The translations under genes and the position numbers were made by a program. Below, piece after piece: positions 1 to 9,493 of a DNA stretch of 64,000 bases (its first letter is position 1; each line of letters starts with the position of its first letter). The stretch spans positions 21,550-85,549 of the forward strand of contig CAYOEG010000001.1 in assembly GCA_964403155.1 (NCBI GenBank). Direction: 5' to 3'. The stretch comes from an uncultured Candidatus Saccharibacteria bacterium. Lineage in GTDB: Bacteria; Patescibacteriota; Dojkabacteria; SC72. Below the pieces are notes generated by a model, which was not told the DNA's origin, ran no database searches, and worked only from the letters and a program-made list of their open reading frames with translations.

Positions 1-228
1 AGATTGAAATATTTTGCAGCACATTCTTCTGGTTTTGATGTAGCAGACTACGATTTACAAAGGAGAGGACCAGGAGAGGTATACGGTACAAGACAATCAG
101 GCATTCCAATTTTCAAAGTTGCTTCTATACATGATTTGGGAACATTAAAAAAGGCGAGAAAGGTTGCAAGAGAGATCCTTTTAGAAGATAATAGCTACCA
201 AGATATATTAGATAATCTTTTTAAATGA
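1..228 (+). CDS. recG: ATP-dependent DNA helicase RecG, C-terminal end (truncated by window start)
   Basis: GFDVADYDLQRRGPGEVYGTRQSG matches the RecG TRG motif (GF.IAE.DL..RGPGE..G..QSG); frame is open from base 1. Confidence 0.9.
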   Translation, partial: RLKYFAAHSSGFDVADYDLQRRGPGEVYGTRQSGIPIFKVASIHDLGTLKKARKVAREILLEDNSYQDILDNLFK

Positions 229-680
229 AAATACACGTAGTTTTGGACAATATACGCTCAGTGTTTAATGTCGGAAGTATATTTAGATCTTCGGATGGCG
301 CAGGGAGCGTGGAAAAGATATATCTTTGTGGGATGACAACACCAATAGACAATCCAAAGCTTGAAAAGACTGCACTTGGAGCTACAGAAATGATTGCTTC
401 CGAGCATTATGACACTACCAAAGAAGCACTTGATGAATTAAGAGCACAGAATATTCCAATATATTCTGTAGAGTTAACGGAAGATGCCGAGAATTTCCAA
501 AAAATTGGATATCCAAAAGAATTAGCAATTATTCTTGGTCATGAAAAGAATGGCGTAGATCCAGAGATATTAGAGGAGAGTGATCGGAAGATATTTGTGC
601 CTATGAGAGGGAAAAAGGAATCTCTGAATGTAGCAAATTGTGCCAGTATAATCTTGTACGAAATTACAAGAGAAAGATAA
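225..680 (+). CDS. TrmH/SpoU-family RNA methyltransferase
   Basis: SPOUT motifs VLDNIRS.FNVGSIFRS, ILGHEKNGV and PMRGKKESLNVA. Confidence 0.9.
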   Translation: MKIHVVLDNIRSVFNVGSIFRSSDGAGSVEKIYLCGMTTPIDNPKLEKTALGATEMIASEHYDTTKEALDELRAQNIPIYSVELTEDAENFQKIGYPKELAIILGHEKNGVDPEILEESDRKIFVPMRGKKESLNVANCASIILYEITRER

Positions 681-702
681 TAATTTCTGATAAAATATAC
701 CT

Positions 703-1134
703 ATGAAAACGTTAAAAGTACTAGGTGTATTTCTATTTATTCTCTTATCTGGCGCTGCAGGCTATCAAGTATATTCTCACCTCAATGAATCTTCGGTACA
801 GGGAGTTGCAGTTACCGAGAGTAGTTGGGCATATAGAAAATCAATTTTTGTTGAGAATACAGAATCTATATATCTTGAGAAAGAAATACAACTCGAGATT
901 GATACTGCATCGCTGATAGCAGAGGGTAAACTACAAAATAATTGTGCAGATCTCCGGTTCCAAGAAAGTGAGACATTACGTTCTTTGAATTTCCAAATAG
1001 AGGGAGAATGTAATTCTAGCAGCACTTCAATTAAAGTCACAATCCCATCCCTTCCTATTGGAGGAGAAAACATATACATGTTCTACGGCAATCCGAAGGC
1101 AATTCCTCTTCCGATCAACGTTGACAATATCTAA
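703..1134 (+). CDS. Membrane-anchored DUF2341-like domain protein
   Basis: N-terminal TM; W.YRK.I, LQNNCADLRF and IYMFYGNP resemble DUF2341 hallmarks. Confidence 0.65.
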   Translation: MKTLKVLGVFLFILLSGAAGYQVYSHLNESSVQGVAVTESSWAYRKSIFVENTESIYLEKEIQLEIDTASLIAEGKLQNNCADLRFQESETLRSLNFQIEGECNSSSTSIKVTIPSLPIGGENIYMFYGNPKAIPLPINVDNI

Positions 1135-1156
1135 TTAATAAAACAAAATAAGAAGA

Positions 1157-1756
1157 ATGACTAAAAACAAATATAAAATCATCCACACTTTGATATTCAC
1201 ATTTTTCTTAGTTCTTCTCCCTGTACCATCTTACGCAGGGGATAAAACTATGCCAATACTCTTTAAGACGTTTGGACAGAGTAATACCGAGACTTTGAAC
1301 TCTGATTCAGTAGTACTAGACTCAATTGCAATAAATAACTTTGATGCACTCATCGAAGGAACAGATCTAACCGTGTACAAAGACGATGCAGTAAGGATAG
1401 AGGGTCGTTCGACACCAGGTTCCAAGATAATAGTATCCTTCGGGAACACAAAGATAGAGACAATCGCAGATTATGGAGGAAGTTGGTTTGTCCTTTTTAG
1501 TATCACTAATATGGAGGAGGGGAAATATATTGTTAACGCACAAGCTTCAAATTCAAATCAACCCACATTGCTTGTTAATCTAATTGTTGGGCAAGGAAAT
1601 AGGATTCTCGAACCAACTCTAAGATCTAATACTGAAGAAAAAAATCAAGACATACTTATATATATTGGTATTGCACTTGTATCATTAATATTGGGATGGT
1701 TTGCACATGTCCTTTTTGAAAGAATTAATCATAAAAGAGGTATTTCTAAGAAATGA
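1157..1756 (+). CDS. Secreted Ig-like domain protein with C-terminal TM anchor
   Basis: Signal peptide ending SYA; IEGRSTPGSKI...ADYGGSW Ig-like pattern; C-terminal hydrophobic helix with basic tail. Confidence 0.6.
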   Translation: MTKNKYKIIHTLIFTFFLVLLPVPSYAGDKTMPILFKTFGQSNTETLNSDSVVLDSIAINNFDALIEGTDLTVYKDDAVRIEGRSTPGSKIIVSFGNTKIETIADYGGSWFVLFSITNMEEGKYIVNAQASNSNQPTLLVNLIVGQGNRILEPTLRSNTEEKNQDILIYIGIALVSLILGWFAHVLFERINHKRGISKK

Positions 1757-4539
1757 TATTAAATTTGAGATATACAAAAAGAGGATCTATCGCAGGAGGA
1801 ATACTTTTGGCTTCATTAGTAGCCTTTGTTACGCTTCTGTCTCAAAAGTCTCCCGCATACGCATGTTCTGGAACTTGTCCATCAGAATGTTATACATCTC
1901 CATCTTGTGGCTGTACTGGTCCAGGTGGTTGCAGAAATATAGGGTCTGGATGCGTATCCGGAGAATATAAATGCGGGACTAGCTACTGTTGTGACAACTG
2001 TGATGATTCTTGTGGATCTTGTTCCTGTACCCCAGCAGCTTGCTCTGGATATTACAGCGTAACCTCTAATAATGGTTGTTCTAGTACAACAAACACTTGT
2101 ACGAAATATTACCAAGACTCCTGCTGTGGTTCCTGCGGTACAGAGAGTAGAACCTGTTGGCTAGTTAAATATACGTTAACATATACAGCAGGCAGTAATG
2201 GTTCCCTAACAGGGACTACTTCACAATCAGTTTGCAGAGGAAGCAACGGAACAGCAGTAACTGCGGTTCCTAATACAGGATACTCATTTTCACAGTGGAG
2301 TGACAGTTCTACTGCAAATCCAAGAACGGATACAAATGTAACCGCAAGCCTGAGTGTCACCGCTTCTTTTGTCTTAAACAATGTAGCCCCAACAGCACCA
2401 ACATCTCTATTAGCAGAGGGAGCTACAAATCCCACAGGTGTAACAGATACTACTCCCGAATTTAGTGCAATATTCAATGACCCCAATACTTCTGATACAA
2501 GTTCTGTATATCAAATACAGGTAAACACCTCTTCTGCTTTTACTGGAACATCTATGTGGGATAGCGGTTTAACATCAATGACAGCTACTGCAAACGGAGC
2601 TAGAAGTCCAAATATCTCATATGCTGGGACAACTCTTTCACTTAATGGTACAACATACTACTGGAGAATTAGATTTCAAGATAGCTATGGAGCAACAGGT
2701 GCTTGGTCTTCTGCCGCTAACTTCACTATGAATACAACACCCACCGCACCAACCTCTCTTTTAGCAGAGGGCGTAGCAACACCCACTCAAGTTTCAGATT
2801 TAACACCAGAATTTAGTGCAATATTTAATGATCCAGATACCTCGAATACTGGTACATACTACCAAATACAAGTAAATACCTCCTCTGGTTTCTCAGGGAC
2901 ATCTATGTGGGATAGCGGTTTAACAGCTATGACAGCTACTGCAAATGGAGCTAGAAGTCCAAATATCTCATATGCTGGGACAACTCTTTCACAAAATGGA
3001 TCTACATACTACTGGAGAATTAAATTCGCAGATAACTATGGTACAACAAGTCCATGGTCATCTGTTTCAAGTTTTACCATGAATACAACACCAACAGCAC
3101 CTACTGTTTTGTGGACAGAAGGATCCGTTACACCAACAGGTGTCTCTGATACAACACCTGAGTTTAGTGCAATATTTAACGACCCTAATACTTCTGACAC
3201 AGGCACGTACTATCAAGTACAAGTAAACACTGCTTCTGACTTCTCTGGAACATCTATGTGGGATAGCGGTTTAACGTCTATGACTGCCACTACAAACGGA
3301 AGTAGAAGTCCAGATATTTCATATGCTGGGACAACTCTTTCACTTAATGGTACAACATACTACTGGAGAATTAGATTTGCAGATAATCTTGGAGCCACCG
3401 GTGCTTGGTCTTCTGCATCTAACTTCACCATGAATATATATCCATCTGCTCCTACAAGCCTACTCACAGAAGGAGCGACAAATCCGATAAGCATCTCAGA
3501 TACAACACCTGAGTTTAGTGCAATATTTAATGACCCTGACACTTCTGATACTGGTACCCGATATCAGATACAAGTAAATACTGCTTCTGACTTCTCTGGA
3601 ACTTCTATGTGGGATAGCGGTTTAACGTCTATGACTGCCACTACAAACGGAAGTAGAAGTCCTGATATTTCATATGCTGGGACAATATTACCTCTTGATG
3701 GTACAAAATATTACTGGAGAATTAGATTCGCGAATAGCTATGGTACTGAAGGGACTTGGTCTGCTGCATCCAATTTTACTATGAATGATGCACCAACAGA
3801 TCCAACCTCACTCTTAACAGAGGGCACTACTAACCCTATAAATGTAACAGATACAACACCTGAGTTTAGTGCAATATTTAATGACCCTGACACATCGGAT
3901 ACTGCAATTTACTATCAAATACAGGTAAACACAACCTCCGAATTTAACGGTACAACAATGTGGGACTCTACCAAGACATCCCTTTCCCCATCAATTAACA
4001 ACGGTGCAAGATCTCAAGATATATCATACGCAGGGACTACAATAACTCTTAATGGGACACTGTATTACTGGAGAATCAAATTCTGGGATAACAATAATAA
4101 CGAGGGGGCATGGTCAGATGTTGCAACTTTCTTAGTATCCGGAGCACCATATCAGCCAACAGCACTTCAAACAAATGATATGACGAATCCTTCTGCATTG
4201 ACAAGAGTCCCACCATATTTTTCTGCCATATATTCTGATATTAATACTAATCCTGCATCAGCATATGAGATAGAGGTAAATGCAGCTTCTGATTTCTCTG
4301 GAGCATTCATGTGGGATTCAGGAAAGACATCGACTACAATAGCTAATGGACAAAGATCCTCATTATACTACTATGCAGGTACTGCGCTATCTAATTCTGA
4401 TACCACATATTACTGGCGTATAAGATTCTGGGATTCTGATGAACAATTAGGGCCATGGTCTGAAACTGCACAATTTGCCGATACATATTCACTATTCCAA
4501 TTCGGAGGTTTACAAATGGGTGGGATAAAACTTGACTAA
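1753..4539 (+). CDS. Large secreted surface protein: Cys-rich N-terminus, InlB-B-like repeat, six ~118 aa FN3-like repeats
   Basis: Signal peptide; ~21 Cys in ~100 aa; YTLTYTAGSNGS...AVPNTGYSFSQWSD; six PTAPT..L..EG...YQIQV...MWDSG...YYWRIRF...WS units. Confidence 0.8.
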   Translation: MILNLRYTKRGSIAGGILLASLVAFVTLLSQKSPAYACSGTCPSECYTSPSCGCTGPGGCRNIGSGCVSGEYKCGTSYCCDNCDDSCGSCSCTPAACSGYYSVTSNNGCSSTTNTCTKYYQDSCCGSCGTESRTCWLVKYTLTYTAGSNGSLTGTTSQSVCRGSNGTAVTAVPNTGYSFSQWSDSSTANPRTDTNVTASLSVTASFVLNNVAPTAPTSLLAEGATNPTGVTDTTPEFSAIFNDPNTSDTSSVYQIQVNTSSAFTGTSMWDSGLTSMTATANGARSPNISYAGTTLSLNGTTYYWRIRFQDSYGATGAWSSAANFTMNTTPTAPTSLLAEGVATPTQVSDLTPEFSAIFNDPDTSNTGTYYQIQVNTSSGFSGTSMWDSGLTAMTATANGARSPNISYAGTTLSQNGSTYYWRIKFADNYGTTSPWSSVSSFTMNTTPTAPTVLWTEGSVTPTGVSDTTPEFSAIFNDPNTSDTGTYYQVQVNTASDFSGTSMWDSGLTSMTATTNGSRSPDISYAGTTLSLNGTTYYWRIRFADNLGATGAWSSASNFTMNIYPSAPTSLLTEGATNPISISDTTPEFSAIFNDPDTSDTGTRYQIQVNTASDFSGTSMWDSGLTSMTATTNGSRSPDISYAGTILPLDGTKYYWRIRFANSYGTEGTWSAASNFTMNDAPTDPTSLLTEGTTNPINVTDTTPEFSAIFNDPDTSDTAIYYQIQVNTTSEFNGTTMWDSTKTSLSPSINNGARSQDISYAGTTITLNGTLYYWRIKFWDNNNNEGAWSDVATFLVSGAPYQPTALQTNDMTNPSALTRVPPYFSAIYSDINTNPASAYEIEVNAASDFSGAFMWDSGKTSTTIANGQRSSLYYYAGTALSNSDTTYYWRIRFWDSDEQLGPWSETAQFADTYSLFQFGGLQMGGIKLD
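2383..4480 (+). repeat. Six intragenic tandem repeats of ~354 bp
   Basis: Near-identical DNA blocks recur, e.g. TCTATGTGGGATAGCGGTTTAAC and TTTAGTGCAATATT. Confidence 0.85.
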
Positions 4540-4558
4540 TTGTAGTATAATACTGCTC

Positions 4559-5311
4559 ATGAGTCTCAAATTAGAATCATTCAAAAAAATTAGAAAAGAT
4601 AAAAATAAGTGGAAAGTAGAAACTCCCGAGGAATTCGAGGAGAGAGAAGAAGCTTTCCTTAAAAAGCGCCTTCAATCCAAAGAGCCAACAATTAACACCT
4701 TTGTTCGTATCACAGGAGGTAAAGCAAAAAATTTTAGAATAGATATCCCAAAAACTACCAGGCCATTAACAGATAGGATGAAAGTCAGAATATTCGATAT
4801 TCTTAAAGAGGATATCGTTAACAAAACAATCCTGGATCTATATGCAGGCGCAGGTTCATTTGCATTAGAAGCCCTATCAAGAGGTGCAAAAGATGCGACA
4901 GTGGTAGATGCTTCAAAAAATGCCGAATATGTATTAAAACAAAATGTAGCACACACAGGTTTCTTACCACAAGTCGATATCATAAAGGAAAAAGCAGAAG
5001 AGTATCTATTTAAGCAAGTTAATAACGAAGACTACAAAAGCTTCGACATCGTTTTCATGGATCCACCATATAAGTTGTATAACACCAAAAATATTTTCAA
5101 GATGGAAAGGGTAATAAACATGGCATCTCAAATGCTAAATGGCGTAAAAGACCCCGATACGAAATCTTTTAAGGGTGCCTTAATTGTAAAACATCCTCGA
5201 AGATACCCTTTAGACAAGCTTACATTAAATCACATCAAAAAGATTGACACAATAGATTTTGGATTAAATTCCGTATCTTTTTTCATAGTAGACAATACAT
5301 TGCAAAAATAG
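4559..5311 (+). CDS. rsmD: RsmD-family RNA methyltransferase with N-terminal extension
   Basis: RITGGKAK, TRPLTDR, LDLYAGAGS, EALSRGA and DIVFMDPPY; ATG 4559 lies 7 nt after TATAAT. Confidence 0.85.
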   Translation: MSLKLESFKKIRKDKNKWKVETPEEFEEREEAFLKKRLQSKEPTINTFVRITGGKAKNFRIDIPKTTRPLTDRMKVRIFDILKEDIVNKTILDLYAGAGSFALEALSRGAKDATVVDASKNAEYVLKQNVAHTGFLPQVDIIKEKAEEYLFKQVNNEDYKSFDIVFMDPPYKLYNTKNIFKMERVINMASQMLNGVKDPDTKSFKGALIVKHPRRYPLDKLTLNHIKKIDTIDFGLNSVSFFIVDNTLQK

Positions 5312-5328
5312 ATGCAAAAATATAAAAT
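5300..5328 (+). promoter_or_regulatory. sigma70-type promoter of the thrS operon
   Basis: TTGCAA(5300)-17 nt-TAAAAT(5323). Confidence 0.55.
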
Positions 5329-5469
5329 AGTGTCAGTATGTACAAAATACATGGAATTACAAAAGAAATCCTCTGCAGAGTTGTTTACACAACACGAACC
5401 TTCTAATAATGTCGTACATTCGTTTTTTCCAAACAAAAACATCCTTAACTAATATATAAGAATATTGAT

Positions 5470-7236
5470 ATGAACAAAGAAAATGTTAAGAAACTAGAAA
5501 AAATGAGGCATTCAGCTTCACACGTCTTAGCACAGGCAGTATTAAAGCTATACCCAGATGCGAAATTGGGTATTGGGCCTGCAATAGAAAATGGCTTTTA
5601 CTATGATTTTGAATTTTCAGAGCCATTAGCAGAAGAGGATTTACCAAAGATAGAGAAGGAGATGAAGAATATTATAAAACAGAATCTCCCGATCGTTCAG
5701 ACATTTATGAAGCGAAAAGAAGCTGTCGATTACTTAACCAAAACTGGTCAAAATTATAAATTAGAATTGCTTGAAAGCATTCCAGACGAAGATCTTAGTT
5801 TCTTCATAACTGGAGATAATGATTTCGCAGACCTATGTAGAGGACCACATATTTCTAGCACCAAAGAGATCGGAAGCATAAAACTTTTAAAAACCGCTGG
5901 GGCATATTGGAGAGGAGATGAGAAGCAGAAGATGCTAACGAGGATCTATGGCACCGCCTTCGAAACCAAAGAAGAGTTAAAAGAATATGTAGAACTACAA
6001 GCAGAAGCAGAAAGAAGAAATCACAGAATACTTGGGAAACAGTTACAATTGTTCGCAATTATCCCAGAGATAGGGCAAGGATTACCAGTATGGCTTCCAA
6101 GAGGATATAGAATGAGAAGAATTCTTGAGGATTATATGCTTGATCTTGAAAGAGATGCAGGATATGAGCATATCTTAACTCCACATATTAACAAGGAGAT
6201 TCTTTTCCAAACCTCTGGGCACTTAGGTTTTTACAAAGATTCTATGTATGCACCAATAGAGGTCGAGGATGAAAAATACTATCTAAAACCCATGAATTGT
6301 CCTGCTGGAATGATGGTTTACAAATTAGAACCTAAGAGCTACAGGGATTTACCATATAGGTTAGGAGAGTTTGGTACAGTATATAGATATGAGAAATCGG
6401 GAGAGCTTCATGGCTTACAAAGGGTTAGAGGATTTACACAAAATGATGCCCATATTTTCTGCACCGGAGAACAATTAGAGAAGGTAATAGACGAGACATT
6501 AGACCTATTGGAGATCTTTTACAAGGACGTAGGATTTGATAACTACAAATTTAGACTCTCCGTATCTGATTGGGAAAATAAAAAAGATCATTATGCCGGT
6601 GATCCAGAGAATTGGAAGATTGCAGAAAGCACGCTAAGAAAAGTACTCCTAGACAAAGGAATAGAATATGAAGAGATACCGGGAGAAGCAGCTTTCTACG
6701 GACCAAAGATCGATGTTCAAGCTATGAATGTATTTGGAAAAGAAGATTCTGTATCTACAATACAACTAGATTTTAATCTACCCGAGAAATTCGAGATTAG
6801 ATACATTGATGAAAAAGGTGCAGAGAAACAACCATTTGTAATACATAGAGCACTGATTGGTTCTTTTGAGAGATTCTTCTCTTTCTTAATTGAACATCAT
6901 GGTGGTGATTTCCCTCTCTGGTTCACTCCAGAACAGGTATATGTAATCCCTATCTCAGAAAAACATCATGACTATGCAGACAAAGTTTACAAAGAATTTA
7001 AAGATGCAAAACTTAGAGTATCTCTTGATGATAGGAATAAGAGTATGCAATCTAGAATTAGAGATGCAGAGAAGATGAAAATACCATACATAGTCATCAT
7101 CGGAGACAAAGAAGTTGAGACTGAAACAATCTCTATCCGAACCAGAAAAACCAAAGATCAGGGATTGATGAAAGTCCAAGAATTTATAGATACCCTTAAA
7201 GAAGAAATTCGAACTAAGGGACATCCCACAAATTAA
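5470..7236 (+). CDS. thrS: Threonine--tRNA ligase (short form lacking the N-terminal TGS domain)
   Basis: RHSASHVLAQAV, DLCRGPH, LKPMNCP, YRYEKSGELHGLQRVR, IHRALIGSFERF. Confidence 0.98.
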   Translation: MNKENVKKLEKMRHSASHVLAQAVLKLYPDAKLGIGPAIENGFYYDFEFSEPLAEEDLPKIEKEMKNIIKQNLPIVQTFMKRKEAVDYLTKTGQNYKLELLESIPDEDLSFFITGDNDFADLCRGPHISSTKEIGSIKLLKTAGAYWRGDEKQKMLTRIYGTAFETKEELKEYVELQAEAERRNHRILGKQLQLFAIIPEIGQGLPVWLPRGYRMRRILEDYMLDLERDAGYEHILTPHINKEILFQTSGHLGFYKDSMYAPIEVEDEKYYLKPMNCPAGMMVYKLEPKSYRDLPYRLGEFGTVYRYEKSGELHGLQRVRGFTQNDAHIFCTGEQLEKVIDETLDLLEIFYKDVGFDNYKFRLSVSDWENKKDHYAGDPENWKIAESTLRKVLLDKGIEYEEIPGEAAFYGPKIDVQAMNVFGKEDSVSTIQLDFNLPEKFEIRYIDEKGAEKQPFVIHRALIGSFERFFSFLIEHHGGDFPLWFTPEQVYVIPISEKHHDYADKVYKEFKDAKLRVSLDDRNKSMQSRIRDAEKMKIPYIVIIGDKEVETETISIRTRKTKDQGLMKVQEFIDTLKEEIRTKGHPTN

Positions 7237-7265
7237 ATATTTAAATTTAAAATACAAAAATATTA

Positions 7266-7856
7266 ATGGGATATAGCGATAGCAATAATAGAGGCACATT
7301 TGTAAAAAAGGACTATGGTCCAAGAAAAAACGAATGGATTAGAGTACCACAAGTACAGTTAATTGGTGCAAATGGTGAAAATATTGGTGTAATTGATACG
7401 GATAAAGCAAGACAACTTGCGCAAGAAGCTGGGCTAGACCTTGTAGAGGTAGGCGCAAGTGCAAATCCACCGGTTTGTAAGATTATGGACTTCTCAAAAT
7501 ACATATACCAACAGAATAAGAAGAAAAGAGAGGCAGCTGTTAACACAAAGATGAAAGAATTAAAGGAATTTAGGTTTACTCCAGTAATGGATATTGGTGA
7601 TACACAACATAGAATAAAGAGAGGTTTAGAATTCTTGGAAAAAGGACACCCTGTAAAACTCACAATGATCAAAAAGGGGAGGCAATCAAGAGAAATAGCC
7701 CAATCTGTATTCAATGAAATATTGACTAATTTCGCGGATTATAGTAGTATCGAAGCCGAACCAAAGACGGAAGGGAACCGTACTTCAATAACATATAGAC
7801 AAAATGGCAAGACAAAGAACAAACAAAACAGCGAAGAAGAGAATCAGGCTATCTAA
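7266..7856 (+). CDS. infC: Translation initiation factor IF-3
   Basis: NEWIRVPQVQLIG, GLDLVEV, PPVCKIMDFSKY; thrS-infC-rpmI-rplT synteny. Confidence 0.95.
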   Translation: MGYSDSNNRGTFVKKDYGPRKNEWIRVPQVQLIGANGENIGVIDTDKARQLAQEAGLDLVEVGASANPPVCKIMDFSKYIYQQNKKKREAAVNTKMKELKEFRFTPVMDIGDTQHRIKRGLEFLEKGHPVKLTMIKKGRQSREIAQSVFNEILTNFADYSSIEAEPKTEGNRTSITYRQNGKTKNKQNSEEENQAI

Positions 7857-8016
7857 CCCAAGAGGGAACAGAGATGCTAAATTAAGGTTCAAACAGAGTC
7901 ACCAAGGTCATTTGAAGACCAAAAGATCTACAAGATCAAAGCGAAGACAGAAGTCTAACGCAGTAGTTGTTGGTGCAAATGAGAAGAAATTAGTTCGAAA
8001 AATTATTAACTTCTAG
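7804..8016 (+). CDS. rpmI: 50S ribosomal protein L35
   Basis: Basic 70 aa protein starting RQRTNKTAKKRI; synteny. Confidence 0.85.
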   Translation: MARQRTNKTAKKRIRLSNPRGNRDAKLRFKQSHQGHLKTKRSTRSKRRQKSNAVVVGANEKKLVRKIINF

Positions 8017-8028
8017 TAAGTATAAGTC

Positions 8029-8367
8029 ATGAGAGTCAAAGGCGGAACAGTAAGATCAAGAAAGCATAATAAAATCCTAAAGGCTACAAAAGGCTACAGG
8101 ATGACAAAGAATAGACTCTACAGAGTTGCACATCAAGCATTTATGCATGCTGGCCAATATGCATACGCACATAGACAGAGAAGAAAGAGCCAAATCAGAC
8201 AGCTTTGGATCAATAGAATAAATGCAGCAAGTAAGAACAACGGTATTCAATACAAAGACTTAATCGGTGGATTGAAAACAAAGAATATGGAGCTTAACAG
8301 ACAGATATTAGCAGATATCGCATACAACAATCCTTCTGTTTTCTCCTTTATAGTAAAATCTCTTTAG
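8029..8367 (+). CDS. rplT: 50S ribosomal protein L20
   Basis: MRVKGG, KGYR, RQLWINRINAA, LNRQILADIA. Confidence 0.97.
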   Translation: MRVKGGTVRSRKHNKILKATKGYRMTKNRLYRVAHQAFMHAGQYAYAHRQRRKSQIRQLWINRINAASKNNGIQYKDLIGGLKTKNMELNRQILADIAYNNPSVFSFIVKSL

Positions 8368-8388
8368 AGTTCTTTATTAGAATTATTT

Positions 8389-8420
8389 AAAGGACTCCGC
8401 AAAGAGTCCTTTTTCTTTTT
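8389..8420 (+). terminator. Intrinsic terminator after rplT
   Basis: AAAGGACTC-cgcaaa-GAGTCCTTT followed by a T-tract. Confidence 0.85.
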
Positions 8421-8466
8421 AAATAAACAATATACAATATATAAACTTAAGATTGCCAAAGTATTG

Positions 8467-9492
8467 ATGGATAATACATTAGAAAAGATCTATTCAGAAG
8501 TTGATAAAGATCTGAATTTACCATATGAAGAGCTCAGGACTAAATATCTAGGGAACAATGGTCTCCTCACATTGGCACTAAAAAACATAAGTACTATCCC
8601 AAATGAAAAGAAAGCCAAATATGGGAAAGAAGTAAACGTTCTCAAAACAAGAGTTATGGAAATCCTTGATCAAAAATTTGCCCAATCAGTTGTATATGAA
8701 CAAAATCCACGTATCGATCCCACTGCACCATTTGATGTGAATACACCAAAAGATAAACGTTCATACATATTAGAAACGAAGGGTACAAAACATCCATTAC
8801 ATAAAGAAGTAGAAAAACTTGTTGAAATATTCCAAAGAATGGGATTTGACGTACTCGAAAGTAAACAGATAGATGATGACTTCCATATGTTCGAATCATT
8901 AAACTTCCCCACGGGACATCCTGCAAGAGATATGTACGATACATTCTGGACGGTGGATGGATTTGTATTGCCAGCACATACATCCACTATGCAAAACCGA
9001 GCAATGAAGAAGTTTGGCCCACCACCCATCAGAGTAGTATTACCAGGAAGATGTTTCAGGAATGAGGCTACAGACGCAAGCCATGAACATACCTTCTACC
9101 AAATCGAAGGTGTGTACATAGACAAAGGGATTTCTCTAGCAAATATGAAAGCAACAATAAAAACATTTTTGGAAACTTACCTTGAAAAAGATTTAGATGT
9201 TAGAATGCAACCATCGTTTTTCCCATTCACAGAACCAGACTGTGAGTTTGTCATAAGTTGTCCATTCTGTAATAAGGCAGGATGTTCAACATGTGGACAC
9301 TCCGGTTGGATAGAATTGATGGGATGTGGAATGATTCATCCTAATGTATTAAAGGCCGGAGGTATTGACCCAGATGAATACTCAGGATTTGCATGGGGAT
9401 TCGGAGTAGACAGATTAGCAATGATAAAACTTGGAATAGAAGATATCCGACTTCTCAGAGACTCAAACCTTAACTTCTTAAGACAATTGTAA
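8467..9492 (+). CDS. pheS: Phenylalanine--tRNA ligase alpha subunit
   Basis: HPARDMYDTF, HTSTMQ, FYQIEG, FFPFTEP, GCGMIHP, GFAWGFGVDRLAM. Confidence 0.98.
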   Translation: MDNTLEKIYSEVDKDLNLPYEELRTKYLGNNGLLTLALKNISTIPNEKKAKYGKEVNVLKTRVMEILDQKFAQSVVYEQNPRIDPTAPFDVNTPKDKRSYILETKGTKHPLHKEVEKLVEIFQRMGFDVLESKQIDDDFHMFESLNFPTGHPARDMYDTFWTVDGFVLPAHTSTMQNRAMKKFGPPPIRVVLPGRCFRNEATDASHEHTFYQIEGVYIDKGISLANMKATIKTFLETYLEKDLDVRMQPSFFPFTEPDCEFVISCPFCNKAGCSTCGHSGWIELMGCGMIHPNVLKAGGIDPDEYSGFAWGFGVDRLAMIKLGIEDIRLLRDSNLNFLRQL

Positions 9493-9493
9493 T

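Noticed and set aside
2383-4480. Regularly spaced DNA repeats suggestive of a CRISPR array or DGR template/variable pair
   Set aside because: Period of ~354 bp, in frame within one protein; differences are not adenine-specific; no cas or reverse transcriptase gene in the window.
7804-7856. 53 nt infC/rpmI overlap read as a frameshift or recoding site
   Set aside because: Both proteins are complete; simple stop-codon drift explains the overlap.
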